Shown here piece after piece: positions 51,556-64,000 of a stretch of DNA of 64,000 nt (positions are counted from its first letter, which is position 1; each line of letters opens with the position of its first letter). The translations under genes and the position numbers were made by a program. Origin of the DNA: Bigelowiella natans CCMP2755 (taxonomy: Eukaryota > Protista > Cercozoa); NCBI GenBank assembly GCA_000320545.1, contig ADNK01001639.1:1-64000 (forward strand), written 5' to 3'. The notes under the pieces are model-generated. The model was not told where the DNA came from. It was given only the letters and a program-made list of their open reading frames with translations, and searched no databases.

Positions 51556-54500
51556 AGTCCTCACTTCAATGGCACCCTTGTCACCTCCCCCCGCCCTCCC
51601 AACTGCCCCTGCTACTCATGCCTCTGGGATTTACTTCTTCCTCTCCTCCTACTTCAACAACAACAACAACAACAACAACAACACTACTACAAAGGCATGC
51701 CTGGTCCTTGAGAAATGCTCGCACACGTTACAAGAGCTGCTGTGGGCCACGGGAGGTTTCGGAAGCTCTCCAGAAATGATTCGATACATTTTTAGCCAGG
51801 TAGAACCAGAAGGTGATGATCTTTGAACGCTGAGAACTCCGCGGCCGCCTCCTTGTGCTGAGGGTTGCGCCTTCTATCACTGCCGCAGCTGCTGCTGCGA
51901 CTACGTACCTGCCAAGATCTTCTTCAGCACATGACCCTATGGCTAACAAATAACGAATTCTGATGCAATATTTTGTAGATTCTGGACGGGGTCGATGCGA
52001 TTCATAGTGCGGGGTTTTGCCATGGAGACCTGAAGCCAAGTAGAAGAACGAGAGGAGCTTGATGCTACAAACCTCCTCTGCCTTCTTCTTCTTCTTATTT
52101 ATTTATTTATTTTTTTAATTTTTAATAATCGGTTTCAAATGACAGGCAATATCGGCTGGATCGCTGATTCAGTCTCTGTCCGCATTCTCGATTTTGGCCT
52201 TACTTTCAGTTTTGAGGTCATATATTTGGGAAACGGCGGCAGCAACAAGCCTCTTCCTTACTCCTCTTCCTCCTCTCCCCCCTTTACCTATTAATATACT
52301 TCGTATGTTACATCCATTTATTATACTAAATGCTGCTCTACTACACCTTTTATTATTATTATTACTACTACTATTACTCAGAAAGGGCCTCACCACTGTA
52401 TTGAAACACGAGGCTACCGTTCCCCAGAAGCAAGCTGCTGGAACGCCATCGTATCTGGCCGAGCTATCACGATAGGAAGGCGGGGGACCAGGAAAAGAAG
52501 AGGGGCGACAGCGAAGTGCAAGACAACAGCTAAAGCATCATCAAGGCTGGAAGGATCGGGCATTACCCTCCAACAGCAACAGCAGCGAAAGGAGGGGGGG
52601 GGCGAGCCGCAAGTCCCAATGATCAAAGAGCGGCTGCTGCCGCTAATCCATGCTGGGGTTGATGTCTTTGCCATCGGCGTGATTGGGTGTCAGGTGATGT
52701 TAAAGTTTTCTTGGAATGATGATGTTTTGCCGGAAGAGATGATATGAAGGGCAGCATGAAGCGGCAACCGAAGAACTTTGGGGGGAGGGGGGGGGTCAAA
52801 GCGGGGGGCGGAGGGGCTTTGACTTGTTCGTTAGAGCCATGGGAACACTAAGAGCAGGAGGGCACTTGGCCAGCGAGCCCGAGAGGATTTTGGCATTATT
52901 TACTCTAATAGCAACCTTGCAAGTGACGCCCCGGATATAGCGCTCTCGTTGAACCTCTAAAAGGAGTAGTTAGTTGTCAGAACGACCCCACTCGACTGAT
53001 TTTCCCTCCCCCTCCTCCTCCTCCTCCTCCTCTTCCGTGCTTCTCCGTGCTTCTCCGCTTCTCCTGCTACTCAGCTTTCTGATATGCTTTGGAACCCTCC
53101 CACTATTTTATCTCCCTCTTCTTCTTCTTCTTCTTCTTCTTCTTCTCCTTCTTCTTCTTCTTCTTCGTCGTCGTGTTCTTTCTCAGATGTTCTCATTGTC
53201 GTCGTTACGACCGTTCCCCCCCCTGCCCGAACCGCTTCATCTACGCCTCCCTTCAACACCGCCCCCACTCGCAGCCGTCCCTCCTCCTCCTCCTCCTCCT
53301 CCTCCTCCTTCTTCTTCTTCTTCTTCTTCTTCTTCTTCTTCTTCTTCTACACCCCCCCCCCCCGCCCCTCCTGCTCTTCCTAACCGCTTTCTGAAACACC
53401 AAAAGGCGCATTCGCACGACGAGGTGAATCGCAGCAGAAAAGCTAGCAGCAGCAGCAGCAATGCGAATAGAAAGTACAGACCTGCCCTCCCTGCCGATGG
53501 CACGCTATACTGTGCTGCTGCTAATAATAGTAATAACAGCAATGGAGCTATTCCCGGCGCCACTACCACCACCATTTCAGTTACCACCCCCATCACCACC
53601 AGCAGTGGTAGTAGCAGCGGCGACGTAGCTTCGCAGCAGGCGAGAAGGGCTCGGAAAGAGAAGAAGGAGAAGGAGGAGGAGGAGGAGGAGGAGGAGGAGG
53701 AGGAAAGAAAGATGAAGTTGCTGGGGCTGAAAGCTAACCCTGACGACGGCGACGATGGTGATAATGGGGATGATGGCAATGTTGGCAGCATCGAGTTTCG
53801 TGAGTGGTTGGGCGTTGTCCTTCCAGATGAAAGGAAAGGAGCACTCTTCAAGGTCTTTAGGGAGATTCTGCGAGGGTTTCTCATTCATCATCCCAACAGA
53901 CGACTGACTATAGCCAAAGCAAAGAAAATGCTGCTGCTGCTGCTGCTAAAGCGCGGGGCGAGAGAAAACAAGGAGGAAAGAGTCGTCGTTACCAGTAAAC
54001 AAAAACGAGAGAAAGGCGAGGAAGAAGAGATAGAAGAGAGCGTGGAGGAGAGAGGAGGTAGTTGTGGGTAAGTCGGCTGAGGACATTAGATTCATCTCGT
54101 TCAGCTGTTGTTCTCACGCCATGTAATGTCATGGAGTGCAAGAAACACGTGTCCCTCCTTTCCTAGATACGAGCATTACTACTACAACTACTTCTACTGC
54201 TACTGCTGCTGGGGCTACTGTAACATATATCATCATCATCATCATCATCAAAAACAACAACATCGCGACGAAATTAACTTATTAACTTAAACGTTTGTGA
54301 TCAGAACCTCAGAAGTCTCCCGGTGAGGCTGCCCTCATCCGTCGTCATCGCCGTTCTCACCTATGCGTTCACGGTCATATTGTTTATTTATGAAATCCAG
54401 TTGAAGGATATATCCTTCACGAAGAAGATGCCGTTGTCACGGCATCATCACGACAGCATCTGTTATTGTTTCACGGCATAAATAACCGCTAAAGAACACT

Positions 54501-54590
54501 TCACCATCTAATATATCTGCATAGCCGTGTTGCCTACTCATATTGTTGTTGTTGTTGTTGTTGTTGTTTCACATGTTTAAATATTTCTCA

Positions 54591-54624
<34 letters not shown>

Positions 54625-54993
54625 TGTCGCCGCCGTGCTTGCAATTATCTAGTATGGACGATACCGACGCCAACGATGATGCTTGTTGGGATCCTCACGG
54701 TGAGTTTCTAAAGCTCATAATTACCACCACCGAAGTCATTAATTACATAATTGTAGCGGCAGCTCTAAGCCAGGTGTTGCTGCAAAATTTCATCCCCCCC
54801 CCCCCCCCTCTCTATGGCAAGCACAATCGCTAGTTTAGATGCGTCTCCGAATCAAATATACAGGGATCCGAGTTCAGTGATGAGGATGCCGAGGACGTGC
54901 TAGAAGATGTGGGGGAGAGGTACATGCACTAATCGTCAAGTCGCCTTTTTGAGATGTGTTTTGTCATCTAAGTGTGCTCGTAACTAGTTTATT

Positions 54994-55049
<56 letters not shown>

Positions 55050-55697
55050 AGATAGTATACAGCAGCTTAACTTTCTCCCCCTCCCCGAATTCTGTTCGAA
55101 TACGTTTTGTTGGTCTGCCTTCAGGTGCGGGACATATGGCGCCGTTCTCGGCGTCAGACTAGCCTTCACGAATATAGCTTCTGAGGGTGGTGAAATCAGC
55201 AGCAGCAGCAGCAGTAAGGGCGACCGCAGTGGTGACAACCAGCCATTGAATCGTCATCATCCCTGCATCCTCGTCTCATTCACACGGGCAGTTGATTGCC
55301 AACGGTAACAACAAGAAAAGCGGCATAGTTACAAATGACCACACTCTTTCTGTAGAGATTATCTAATATCCCCCCCCTCCCCTCCCCTCTCCCCCGCCTC
55401 TTCTCGTTCTCTGGGGGAGGTATTCCATGCAAGAGATACGAGATTGAACCGCGCCTATACTTGATGAATGCTCCCAACAGCTGTTTGCGCGTATTTCGAA
55501 AAAGTGATTAAGGAACTCACAGCAAACGTCGGCGTGCTCTTGTAGCTTGTCTTCAAATTTTCACCACCATACTGACATCATCGATTCACCAACATAAGCC
55601 ACTGCTGTCTTGCATCAGGGCGGTCGCTGACATGCTAAAATCCACGTTTGAAGGGCGGCCAATCATTGCGGCTTTCACGCATGTTACGAATGAATGA
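50730..55697 (+). CDS. UHMK1: Ser/Thr kinase fused to a C-terminal UHM (U2AF-homology RRM); KIS/UHMK1-like; start uncertain
   Basis: GRGTSACCVYE|V, AVVKVY, CLVLEKCSHTLQELL, IHSAGFCHGDLKP|SNIGWIADSVSVRILDFGLTF, IETRGYRSPEASCWN, VDVFAIGVIGCQ|MFS, HPNRRLTI. Then VWTIPTPTMMLVGILT|GSEFSDEDAEDVLEDVGER|CGTYGAVLGVRL...|AVCAYFEK|PLLSCIRAVADMLKSTFEGRPIIAAFTHVTNE* (TGA 55695-55697). The motif series parallels vertebrate KIS as I recall it (NILWSAE..KLIDFGLSF, IQTDGYRAPEA, LPTPVLRLLNV, GRMFDGKFVVATF). Confidence 0.75.
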
Positions 55698-56402
55698 ACG
55701 AAGGCACCGCGAATGTTGTCATCAACGAGCTGGCGAGGATACCGGCACAAGCTTCAAGTCGTTCAAGTTTAAAAGAGAGCAGGAGAACACGAGTAGTAGC
55801 AGCAATATCGTTGCGTGGCTGGATAGTCAGAGTCTCATCTCACGCACTTTACCATTGGAAACAGGCAAACCCATCGACGATAGTTAGATATCAGCATCGA
55901 AATTAAAAGTATGACTTTAATGTTACGCAGTATATTTTGGCGGCGAGTACTGAAATGCTGCTTTATGTGTGATGAGAGAGACGTATTGGTGCCGCGGACG
56001 TACCACCACTACTACTACTAGCTACGACTACAAGACAAAGTGTGTGTGATTGAAATGCACGCGCGAGTCAGTGCAGGCCCGCAGTGATTAAGACGCCGTC
56101 TGCGTGCATCCTGTTCGTGTGCGCCACTGAAGGCAGCACACATGTATAGCTAGAATTCTATCTATTCTCGACGACACGTCAATGTGACATGCACATATGA
56201 GCAATAACTCCCACGTTGCTCACCATGTACATGTATCTTAGACGGATCGATGTACTGAAACATCATGTGTTTCCATTTTTCAATAGTCGCTTCTAATTAT
56301 GTAGCTATATGTATAAACAAAGCGGCGGCTCTAGGCTATAGCGCGAAGATTGCTGTGTCACATTGTACATGCACATTTAGATATGTGTATAATGTGTGTG
56401 TA

Positions 56403-56448
<46 letters not shown>

Positions 56449-56609
56449 GTGTGTGTGTCCGCAGCTGCAAAACGGTGTACTTACATCTAGACATACACAC
56501 ACACACACACACACACGCTACTGGACACGTACAGTATTCATGCGTGTATAGAGCTACTCATTGAGATGCAAATCAAGTTTATAAATTTCTCATATGACAT
56601 TTTAATTTC

Positions 56610-57678
56610 TCAGACATCTAAATGCATTGAAACTTGTTTCAAGTCATCCAAAGCTATTTTAATTACCCGATCTTTATCAGCACGTCGCAACGGCATGATC
56701 TTCCCGCGTTTATCTACCCACCTGTTAGCTTTCACATCTGCGAGACGCCATTCTGTGACATCGATATCTCTATCCAGGTTTTTGAAGTCCATTATTAACT
56801 GCTCATTTCTGTCGCCTCCATTCGTGCTACCGTTCCGAAAACTCACACGCATCGGAAATGAAGCAAATCTCTCGAGCTCATCAGGCAATCTTATTTCCCG
56901 CTCCGCCCCCGCTGTAGATACTTCTATCTCGATATTGTCAGCTTTTTCACCCATCGCTTCTTCGAGGTAAAAGCGGAATTCACGGGCGAAAAGAGCGACT
57001 TCGTCAAGTGTCGGGGAGCCTCTGGGATCTGTGAGCTTGTCCAGGGACACTTCCAGCCGAGCTCGATTTCGAGTTTTGAATGAGTATATAGCAATATCTT
57101 TTAGCGATGGATTATCCTTGAGCATCTTATTTGCGACTTCGTATGCTTGGTTCCCCCATGGGTACAGTATTGACACCCCGGGTGCTACGACCGACTCATA
57201 ACCATCATCATCCTCTTCGTGGTCACCTGAATCTTCTGTTTGTGCGTCATTTTCACTAGGAATTTCGAGTTCGGAACCTATCTCCAGATCATCGATCGGC
57301 GAATCAAAGGATGATGACTCTTCTCCCGCTGCGGCCTCCACGACGTAGATATTTCTCGGCATGCTCCGTTGTTTCGTGAATGAAGATATTCCGCTGAGCA
57401 GCTCTCTGGGAAAGCGGCGACGAAGAGGATGATGATGCTGCTGCTGGTGGTGCTGCAGTTGGAAGCATTTGGAACTGGCAGCTATTCTCGATGACAATCT
57501 TGCGTGAAATCTCGATAGAGAGGACGATGAGGGCGCGGAGCAGGCTGTTAAAGCCAGTAGAGGGAAAGCTGGAAGCAACCGAAGAGGCCTACAGGAGAGA
57601 ATGGAGAGAGGCGTGAGAATGGGATGCAGATAGATCACAATTTACTAGCACACAGAGCCTGCTTAGATCAGCATACAT
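56610..57678 (-). CDS. rimP: Plastid-targeted ribosome maturation factor RimP-like protein (plant/algal type) with bipartite targeting peptide
   Basis: Core RLEVSLDKLTDPRGSPTLDEVALFAREF...IEIEVSTAGAEREIRLPDELERFASFPMRVSF (RimP-like EVSSPG.ER.L..P....RF). N-terminus MPLRLLPAFPLLALTACSA followed by a Ser/Arg-rich transit-like peptide. Inferred intron 57589-57676 splits the ATG. Confidence 0.75.
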
Positions 57679-58334
57679 ATCAGCCGCTTCCGTTGTCTTC
57701 GCCGGTGTCGGTCGTATCGAGTCTGGGGGGGGTATGCAGCCGAAGGTATGCAGGAGTAGCAAAAAGCAGATCAACGAGAAATAACCAATTAAAAAAGAGA
57801 AATTTTAGGATCTCGCACAACATAAAGAACAACATAATTCAGAAATTGTTCCGTTTCAGCAGTGGTCTTTCTAGGACAAAGAATTTCCAACTTTTTCTTG
57901 GTACTATCTGAAGGCATATTTTGCCTACAGGAGCTTTGCTTTTTCGATTAAATTATATTGCAAACCGTATGCTCCCATGGTCTAGTTGGTTATGACGGAG
58001 CCTTCACACGGCTCAGGTCGCCGTTTCGATTGCGGCTGGGAGTACATTTTTGCAACAATTTTTGCCGTTTTTTGTGAGAATGAGAAACGGAAAAACAAAA
58101 ATCCCATTCAAAAAATAAGTACGACATCACCTTGCGAACGCCCTCGTTCGACCATCGCTTCTAAGTCTGAAACGACAGCAGAAAACGAATCTGTATTTCT
58201 ATTTTGCACAAAAGACCTCCATTTCGTACCTAAGACTGAGGAATTAATGCAAAAAACGACTACATCCGCTTATCTGAAATCGCACGAACGTCGAGCAGCC
58301 GCCTCCCCCTGCGCCCTCCACTCGGCCCGTCATT

Positions 58335-60312
58335 ATGTCTGGATTGCCGGGAATGCGGACTCATGTTACGGGCAACGTACCGAAGCAAATATCCGGAATG
58401 AACAGGTCATCTGAAATCCTTTCCACGAGCCTTCTGGAACGCTTGCTGACAGAAAAAGATTGCTGAGATTTGATGATGGTATAGGGTTTCTAAAAGTGCT
58501 CAAGGCTCACGACCTGTAAGCCACGGTTCACGGCCTGTGAGCTCCCACGTTCCGCGGCCAGCAAGCTCGTACAATTCAAGACCCGTAAGCTCGGTGAGTT
58601 TTCTACTGTGATGTAAACATAGCTCAAACAGACACGAGGACTCCCCGAACGTTCACTGAAACGACTGTTTACTGCTGGTACAATGATCATCGATAGGCTC
58701 ACGGTATCTACGACAAATACTTTGGAGGACGTACAAATCCTCGCGCTGGGATGACTCAGAAAAATATCAAGCATCGGAAACAGTTGGTAGTGCAATATAA
58801 TGTTTTATGTGCGGAGCAAGTGGGTGCTACGTTCCATCGTGATGCTAGAGCACTTCGCTATTAGGCACCTCATAATTTCTTACGATCTGGATGGAGATGG
58901 AGCGGTATTGCAATAGAGATACGCTCGATGCATTTATTGTTCATCTCACGCATCTCGTGTTCCAATTTGCAAAGGTTTCGCAGAGAGACTACTTCATAGC
59001 CAAAATGTTTGATAAGGTACGCAACACGGAGACTCCGTTAACGAAGAGTTGAATATACAGAATGGCCCACGTAAACATTTATCTGTTTTGCCAGGATCAA
59101 GATGGAATATTGAATCGAAAGGAACGATCAGAGGCACTTGCAGCTCTGAGAGACGGTAGAGTTATCGCAGCTGCGCAAAGTCCTTGAGCGGCTTCTTCTT
59201 CCGCCTTTTTTTTGTCCTTCTGCTGTTTCAACTTTTGCATATATCTTTACTTTCTACAGGGCTGGCCAACGACAGCATGAGGGATTACTTTGATTCAGAG
59301 ACAATGAACAATAGAAGTGAGAACAGACACGAATATGTATGATGTAAAAATATTTAATATGAATATCATTATAATAAACTTATTAATAGCTGTTAGTAGA
59401 GTTTTGTATACCCAAAGCACATTCGTTGATTCTTTTACCAAAATAGGAAAAAAATGCACCGTCTTCCATAGCGTCATGAAGTCAACGGTAAAACTATGTA
59501 AATGAGACTAAACACAATACTCTCAAGCTCTCAAGTTGATAGAAACTGGTGTTTTCGCCAAACCACCACATCACTCAGAATTGCCATCTTTGCCAACAGG
59601 TCCCTCAGGCTCGTCTAGACCTCAACGATACATTCAACAGAACATTGTAACGTCCTTTTTATCGACAGTCATATCATCTCTCCTCTCTCTGTCTGTCTCT
59701 CTCTTTCTCTCCCTCTTGCTCGTTTGTGCGTGCGCGCGTGTGTTGTATGTGTGTGTTTGTTCATAATATGTTTTTCTTCTTCGCTTCCATTAGGTATCAT
59801 CCCGTTGAGATACCAGATAGAAACCCCTATGCAACCACGAACCAGCTGATGAACATGGTCATCATCCTAAGCATATATGTTAACCAACCATCTGCTCTTG
59901 TCTTACCTGCTCAACTGAAATAACATGAGGCGAAGAGTGGGAGGGGGGGGAGAGAGAGGATGGACAATTCTGGCTGCTGCTATCGCGGAAACATTCTGCG
60001 ACATAGTGATTGAATCCCATCATAATCGACATTCAACTAGGGAGAACAAGGCCGGGAAATGCCTGAAGATTTACCAAAACGATCAGCGTTTCTATTGAGA
60101 AGAGCGGTGCGTAAATATGACCTTGTAGGAATAATGATTCAGGATATTTCATCGTCTATCTCTATGCCGCTGAGTGTTCTTTCTTTGCGCAGAGGCAAGA
60201 CAGGGATTTCTTAAAGACTAAGAATAGAGAGTAATATTTGAAAAAACGCAGTACAAACAGCACGCATTGGAATAATAATCCAAGACTTATCGATTGTCTC
60301 TTCGAAAATTTG

Positions 60313-60346
<34 letters not shown>

Positions 60347-61194
60347 TACGTGGTATTGGCCTAATACCGTCAGCATGCAAACCTCGATCGATAATCGAGT
60401 GAGAAACATCAACGATGCACTCAAACGAAGGTAGTAGAGCAAGAAGACAACCTTCCAAAAAGTATTTAATATTTATGTTTATTTTTGGGTCTCTCTCTCA
60501 ATTGAATGGATTGGACACCGCCGACAATATCTTACCGTTTTTCTTTTTTCCCTCACAACTTAACCAGATACACCAACAATGGGCCCGCTTCTTCAAAGTT
60601 TAAGTCTAGATCGGAATTCATGACCTCGGTAAGATTGTGGGGGTATAAGATAGAAAAGTGAAGTTGTTATCTCATCATGTGTACATGGCTTGTTGTGGGG
60701 GTTGTTAGCTGGCTTCTCATCCTCGTCCTCCTACCCCTCCTCCTCCTCTCCTTCTTCCAATTCACCATATTTTAATCAGATCTTACGTAATCTGTTAGTC
60801 ATCTCAATTACCTTTTTTTGGTTTTTTCATGAGTTCTCATCTTCCTCTCATCAGCGTCGCCAAGAAATGTACCGAGAGAGACTTAAGCACATAGCTGCTA
60901 AGGAAGGAGTTGACTTTCACAAGGGTAGGTTGCGTTTATCACTTCATATGAAATCCTCCCAAATAGAAACGATAACCATACAATGAGTATTCACGGCCAG
61001 TAAATGTGACGAAAGCAATTCTACATCGTTGTCTTCTGTTTATAAATAAGCGTTCTTTTTCGTCCAGATTCTGGGTACGTTGGCGATATCGGGAACATTC
61101 CTCACAGCCTGAACTACGAAGGAATGCCCCAAAAGTAATGATAGAAAAATCACTGTATGCAATCCACCTTTGCTTCAAATTGATTCGTTGCATA

Positions 61195-61234
<40 letters not shown>

Positions 61235-61671
61235 TTGGTATATAAATATTTATAAAACTGTTTGGGTGAGGCATCAACATACACTGGCACCTTGCACAGC
61301 CATCACTTTTCCGATCTTATTTTGCCGAGTAGGGAAGTCCTGGAGAGGCACCCTAAAGAGGCGTATCTGCAAAGTAAAAAGAACGGAAAGCAGGTGAGAT
61401 CATGGGGATTTGATTGGCATGTGCCCACCGCCTACCAAACCACACCAAACCAATCTTGAGGAGACATATACACTATCACGAATCTATGAGAAGTGGTCAG
61501 AGAAAGGGGGGGGGGGATGGTACTGCAAGAGTAGAGCTAAAGTCTATCTGACTTGTGCTTGTCGGGTCCATATTGCTAGGTAATGGACGCGAAGATTAAG
61601 GAGAAAATGTTTTCCACAACTCGCGATCGCGTGCTGCATTTGTCGCGCAAAGGCCAGCGCACACGGTATAT

Positions 61672-61750
<79 letters not shown>

Positions 61751-62568
61751 AACGTTGATTGGGTCTGACACAAAAGCACGAATTCTATGCGCGCACCATA
61801 CTCATTTCCACACATACGAAGACACTTTGAATGTAGTGGAATTGAGTTTTACATTCTTCGTATTAGGGCGTTCACTTCGTCTGCAAAGGATTTCTTCAAC
61901 TCTTCGCATCCAGGCTTCGAGCCGGTTTGTCCACTATCTGCTGGAGATACGATACTACGATGCAACTGCACTAATACTCCAGGACGCGCGTGAATTGCGA
62001 TTTTTTAATGGTCTCAGCGCCAAATTATTGCTGATAATTCGGCTGCCCGCCTTTATAAGATGGAAAAAATATTAGTTATGATGTTAGTGTACTTGCCTCT
62101 TATCTGCCCAAAACTCAGGAGGATCACCCACTAGACCGTAGTCTTCCGATCAAGCCTCAATACACGGCACCGCACTTGTGAGTTTTGTAACATGCGACAT
62201 GGGGAGAGTGGAGGAGAGTTGGGGGACATTTGTACTACAAGTAGCGTATGATATATAATAACGGTGAATGTATGTACCTGTCCTTCAGCCATCAGATGAA
62301 GCCATACCCAGGAAAACTGACCAACACTTCGCTTGTTACTTCGCACAAATATTCGGTAGAAGTTTGTGTCATATAGCATTTACATGTTTCTCGTCCTTAG
62401 ATATTTGATATCCCGATTATGTTCAATAACATACAACCATCAATGACTTTTGTGGCATCATTTCCCTTTGTCTCCCAGCATTTTGACTATGTCAAGATAG
62501 GACGCCAGCTCGATACAGCTCTTCAAACACAATCTATTCCCCCTCTAGCGGAAATGACACAACAATAG
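58335..62568 (+). CDS. Multi-exon EF-hand-containing protein of unknown function
   Basis: Start MSGLPGMRTHVTGNVPKQISGMNR|KRLLRFDDGIGF... Paired EF-hand-like loops SYDLDGDGA|VSQRDYFIAKMFDK|DQDGILNRKERSEALAALRDG (58850-59160). Many short exons lead to ...QSIPPLAEMTQQ* (TAG 62566-62568). Confidence 0.65.
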
Positions 62569-62649
62569 TGAACAACAATGAAACATACGAATCATTGTGT
62601 GAGCCGTAGACAAAATGGAATCAGTTTGTTCGAGATTGAATAGATGCTC

Positions 62650-63720
62650 CTGTTTTGACCACTGATGATGTGATTTCCACTGTCTAGCCTCATGCAATTC
62701 CACGTCAAATTGACATGCAGCTTGTCCGTCACTCGAATTTGAGTTGCGACATTTGGCATCACAAATTGTTTGCACGTCTTTCATGCTGCGCTGCATCCAA
62801 TTTGTGCAACTTTTACACATCGTTTCATGCAGTCCAGGCATTGAGCACTTTGAGAAGCACGCAAGCCAACACAGCACCAGAGCACATCTGGCTTTGATCA
62901 TCGCTCATTGTGTTCACACGTTGTGTGGCTATGCCTAGCTAGCTAGGGCGCGACCTGATGATAGACACAGCAATGCACTACACACATTGCATGTGTTGTC
63001 AATGGACACAGCAATGCACAGCACCATGCACATTGTGTGCATTGTGCATTGCATGTCCATCATCCTGCAGTGCTTGCGCTAGTGCGGACAAGTGACACGC
63101 TGTTGGCGCACAAAGCTGATCGATTGATGCTTGGTGTGGGACTCATTCGCACACTCGCGTGTGATGCATCAGACCGACATCACACGTGCTAGCGAGTGGC
63201 ACTCACATCTGCCAGTCTGGCCGTGCCAGCGTCTAGAGCGTGTCTTCAAGTGAAGCATGACGCACAATGAACAGTCCCCAAGAAAGCTTGCACACTGCTG
63301 CTAGAGTGTGTGGTGTGCCAGTTCCAATGTCTCAAGCGCCTGCAAATGATCAAACGTGCACGTGCACGTGTGCACACACGCACGCACACAAGCTGGCATG
63401 ACGCACCACGCTGGCACGCCACGCACACCTGCACCACTGTGGACGTGGTGTGCCAGCGAAAGAGTGAATCGAACGATGAACAATGAACAACGATTGAATC
63501 CCTGATTGATTGAAAAAGGAAAGAAAGAAAGTTGGAAACAATGAAACAATGATGATGATGAACTGCATTCCCAAAGTGTTGCAAGACATGAAAAAAGAAG
63601 CGTTTGTCCATGGACCCAGTTGAAAGGATCCTCCTCCAGGCACGTGCGACGAGCGATGCGCTCGCGAAGAGCTCGATTCTCATCTGTTTTGTGGTTGATT
63701 CCGATGCCATTTCCATGTCG
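62650..63720. other. TpA-depleted island
   Basis: About 12 TA in ~1070 bp; 11 are in CTA/TAG context and 8 are CTAG. No TA at all from ~63305 to ~63720. Confidence 0.88.
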
Positions 63721-64000
63721 CAGATATATTTTCCCATGCATCCCCTTGTCATTTCTCCTTGTCGTTTGGGCAATTGTGGGCCGATGTTCTGCGGGTTTTG
63801 AGGCAGCAACGTTCAGTTGTCGCTGCACTAGAAGATTCTGCCCCCCGCCCTGCCCATCCTTGAGGCTCTCGCCAAGATATACGCCTCCATGCTCGTTCCC
63901 CTCTCGTAAGATTAGGCAAAAATAAGCACCCGAGTAGTTGGGATGTTCGTAAGCAACAAGGCACGATCGCTCGGTTCACGGCTCCTTGGAAGCGAGGGGC

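Noticed and set aside
32-63979. Most short ORFs in the supplied six-frame track (poly-S/L/H/T/CV/ER/IY peptides)
   Set aside because: They are translations of intronic microsatellites or antisense shadows. ORFs in the islands are open mainly because TAA/TAG stops are depleted.
63590-64000. Minus-strand frame with a beta/gamma-crystallin-like AYEHPNYSG motif; probably the 3' end of a gene
   Set aside because: Single short motif, a stop just upstream in that frame, and truncation by the window edge. I cannot choose a frame.

Overview
Eukaryotic nuclear DNA: intron-rich, GT-AG spliced, with microsatellites in most introns. A plant-type RimP-like protein with a signal peptide plus transit-like peptide suggests an alga with a secondary green plastid (chlorarachniophyte-like; inference). 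Manual exon joining gives about 12 genes: the 3' part of an unknown gene; a Tudor/Agenet-UBA-F-box-Pro-rich (FBXO7-like) gene; a TerD+C2 gene; an ankyrin+EF-hand gene; an unknown micro-exon gene; an MFS transporter; a head-to-head pair of BTB/POZ paralogs (one with a premature stop); a large NHL-repeat gene; a KIS/UHMK1-type kinase-UHM gene; a plastid RimP-like gene; and an EF-hand gene. The most striking signal is a set of ~1 kb intergenic islands (about 18.85-19.77, 22.98-24.17, 26.61-27.86, 37.1-37.97 and 62.65-63.72 kb) in which TpA is almost erased and nearly all survivors are in CTAG, CTA or TAG contexts. One island holds a decayed LINE reverse transcriptase whose conserved Tyr codons (TAC) now read Cys (TGC). 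This points to a targeted TpA>TpG/CpA hypermutation process, a 'reverse RIP', that spares TAG. Exon boundaries and dinucleotide counts were done by eye and need computational confirmation.
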